A stretch of DNA of 64,000 nucleotides from an uncultured Flavobacterium sp. (lineage in GTDB: Bacteria; Bacteroidota; Bacteroidia; Flavobacteriales; Flavobacteriaceae), in the NCBI GenBank assembly GCA_964292845.1, contig CAXYWC010000003.1, positions 8,734-72,733 of the forward strand, given 5' to 3'. A model generated the notes under the pieces. That model was not told where the DNA came from, did no database searches, and saw only the letters and a list, made by a program, of their open reading frames with translations. Below, in pieces: positions 62,911-64,000 of this stretch. Both the position numbers and the translations under genes were made by a program. Each line of letters starts with the position of its first letter. Position 1 is the first letter of the stretch.

Positions 62911-64000
62911 TTAGAAATTTAGGTAAAGATTAAAGAAATACGTTCTTCCGTAACCGTAAAAATATTTTGGAGCAAATGATGGTGATCCACTAGAAACATC
63001 TTGGTTTAATTCTCTGTAGTTAGCATTTCTAGCTTGCTCATAACCTCCTGTTTTGTATTTCACATCTAGCACATTGCTTACACTAGCGTTAAATCCTAAC
63101 GTTTTGTCTTTTATTCTCCATGATTTACCTCCGTTTAGGTTTAATAAAGAGAAATTAGCAAATTTTTCTTGTTTCAATAATTCGTCACCTCTGGTTTGTG
63201 TCGCTTCTGAAAAATTACCACCTGTAGCAGGATCCTTGTAAAAATTATCGGTTCTTGTAATAGGGGCAACATCGATATAATTGTTAGCTAAATAATTGAT
63301 GTTTGCTGCAATAGGCCAAAATTTTGGGTCTCTGTATTCTAAACCAAAAGAAGCTGCCGCTTGTGGCGTACCTGGTTGTTTGTAGTTTTTTAGTTTTGCA
63401 GTACCGTATGGTATTGGTTTAGCAAATTTATCAACATTAAGAACAATATTTGGGTTGTTATCGTAAATATATTCACCATAGGCTGCACTTGCCATTACTT
63501 TAAGCGTAGATAAAATAGGGTATTCGATTCCAAATTCTAATCCTAAATTTCTTTTGTTTAAACCTGTTACTGTTTCTGAAACAAATGCTCCACCGGTTTC
63601 AATAGTTTCAGTTGTAGGGTCATCACCTGCGCCATCAGCAAAAAAGAAAGACGCTTCAGTTTGATCTTCTACTTTCGAATAGAAAGCGGTTAATCTTGTT
63701 TTTAGTTTTGGACTGTTAATGATATAACTGGCATCGGCACTTGAAATTCTTTCGCTTGTAACGCCATCAGTAACTGAATTGCTTACTCTTGCATTATTGA
63801 AAACATTTCTAGCCGTTGGGGCTTTGGTCATAAAGGCTCCGTTGAACGATAAAAAGTGTCTTCCTGTAATTTTGTACGTAATTCCTCCTTTGAAACCAAA
63901 GTTATCATATTGCATTTTATCGCTTTTCCCGAAAGAGTTGGTTGGATTATAACCGTTTTTGTACAATCCTTCTCTTTGGTATTCATTATGAGAATACGAT
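62911..64000 (-). CDS. TonB-dependent receptor, C-terminal part (5'-truncated by the window edge)
   Basis: The frame stays open to base 64000 (SYSHNEYQREGLYKNG...). Amphipathic beta-strands; ends GYEQAR...KYFYGYGRTYFFNLYLNF with a terminal Phe. Confidence 0.85.
   Translation of the reverse strand, partial: SYSHNEYQREGLYKNGYNPTNSFGKSDKMQYDNFGFKGGITYKITGRHFLSFNGAFMTKAPTARNVFNNARVSNSVTDGVTSERISSADASYIINSPKLKTRLTAFYSKVEDQTEASFFFADGAGDDPTTETIETGGAFVSETVTGLNKRNLGLEFGIEYPILSTLKVMASAAYGEYIYDNNPNIVLNVDKFAKPIPYGTAKLKNYKQPGTPQAAASFGLEYRDPKFWPIAANINYLANNYIDVAPITRTDNFYKDPATGGNFSEATQTRGDELLKQEKFANFSLLNLNGGKSWRIKDKTLGFNASVSNVLDVKYKTGGYEQARNANYRELNQDVSSGSPSFAPKYFYGYGRTYFFNLYLNF

Noticed and set aside
233-63241. 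Many short overlapping or antisense ORFs in the six-frame track (e.g. 22011-22355, 27877-28110, 17199-18035, 44397-44792)
   Set aside because: They lie opposite or inside well-supported genes, have no recognisable motifs, and are expected shadows of codon bias.
1-64000. Search for tRNA/rRNA, CRISPR-Cas, transposases, integrases, prophage, restriction-modification or other defence genes
   Set aside because: None recognised by eye. The two PD-(D/E)XK/RecB-type nuclease domains are explained by AddAB. A tRNAscan/DefenseFinder run would confirm the absence.

Overview
AT-rich bacterial chromosome segment that looks like core genome of a Flavobacterium-like member of the Bacteroidota. The assignment rests on TAnnTTTG -7 promoters, no obvious Shine-Dalgarno sites, T9SS C-terminal domains, signal peptides cleaved before Gln, the three-gene sdhCAB, the alpha2-type GlyRS and an SDR-type threonine dehydrogenase. 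Content is mostly housekeeping (rsmA, mgtE, proC, sdhCAB, pgi, sod, addA/addB-like genes, kbl, ompA, serS, mntH/mntR, feoAB, glyQS, comF), plus amino-acid catabolism genes and cell-surface proteins. I found no rRNA, tRNA, CRISPR array, transposase, integrase, prophage or recognisable defence system. The best candidates for undescribed systems are two SusD-less TonB-dependent receptor + surface lipoprotein pairs (Oar-like TBDR + double-fasciclin lipoprotein; TBDR + DUF5689 lipoprotein). Others are a T9SS Vps10/BNR propeller coupled to an M13 peptidase and an LptB-like ABC ATPase with a tiny membrane partner. At small scale there is a decayed two-gene module missed by the ORF track, an orphan promoter/terminator unit (candidate sRNA), a family of short intergenic repeats with shared grammar, and candidate Fur and MntR operators. 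All family names come from recognised motifs and recall; no database search was run.
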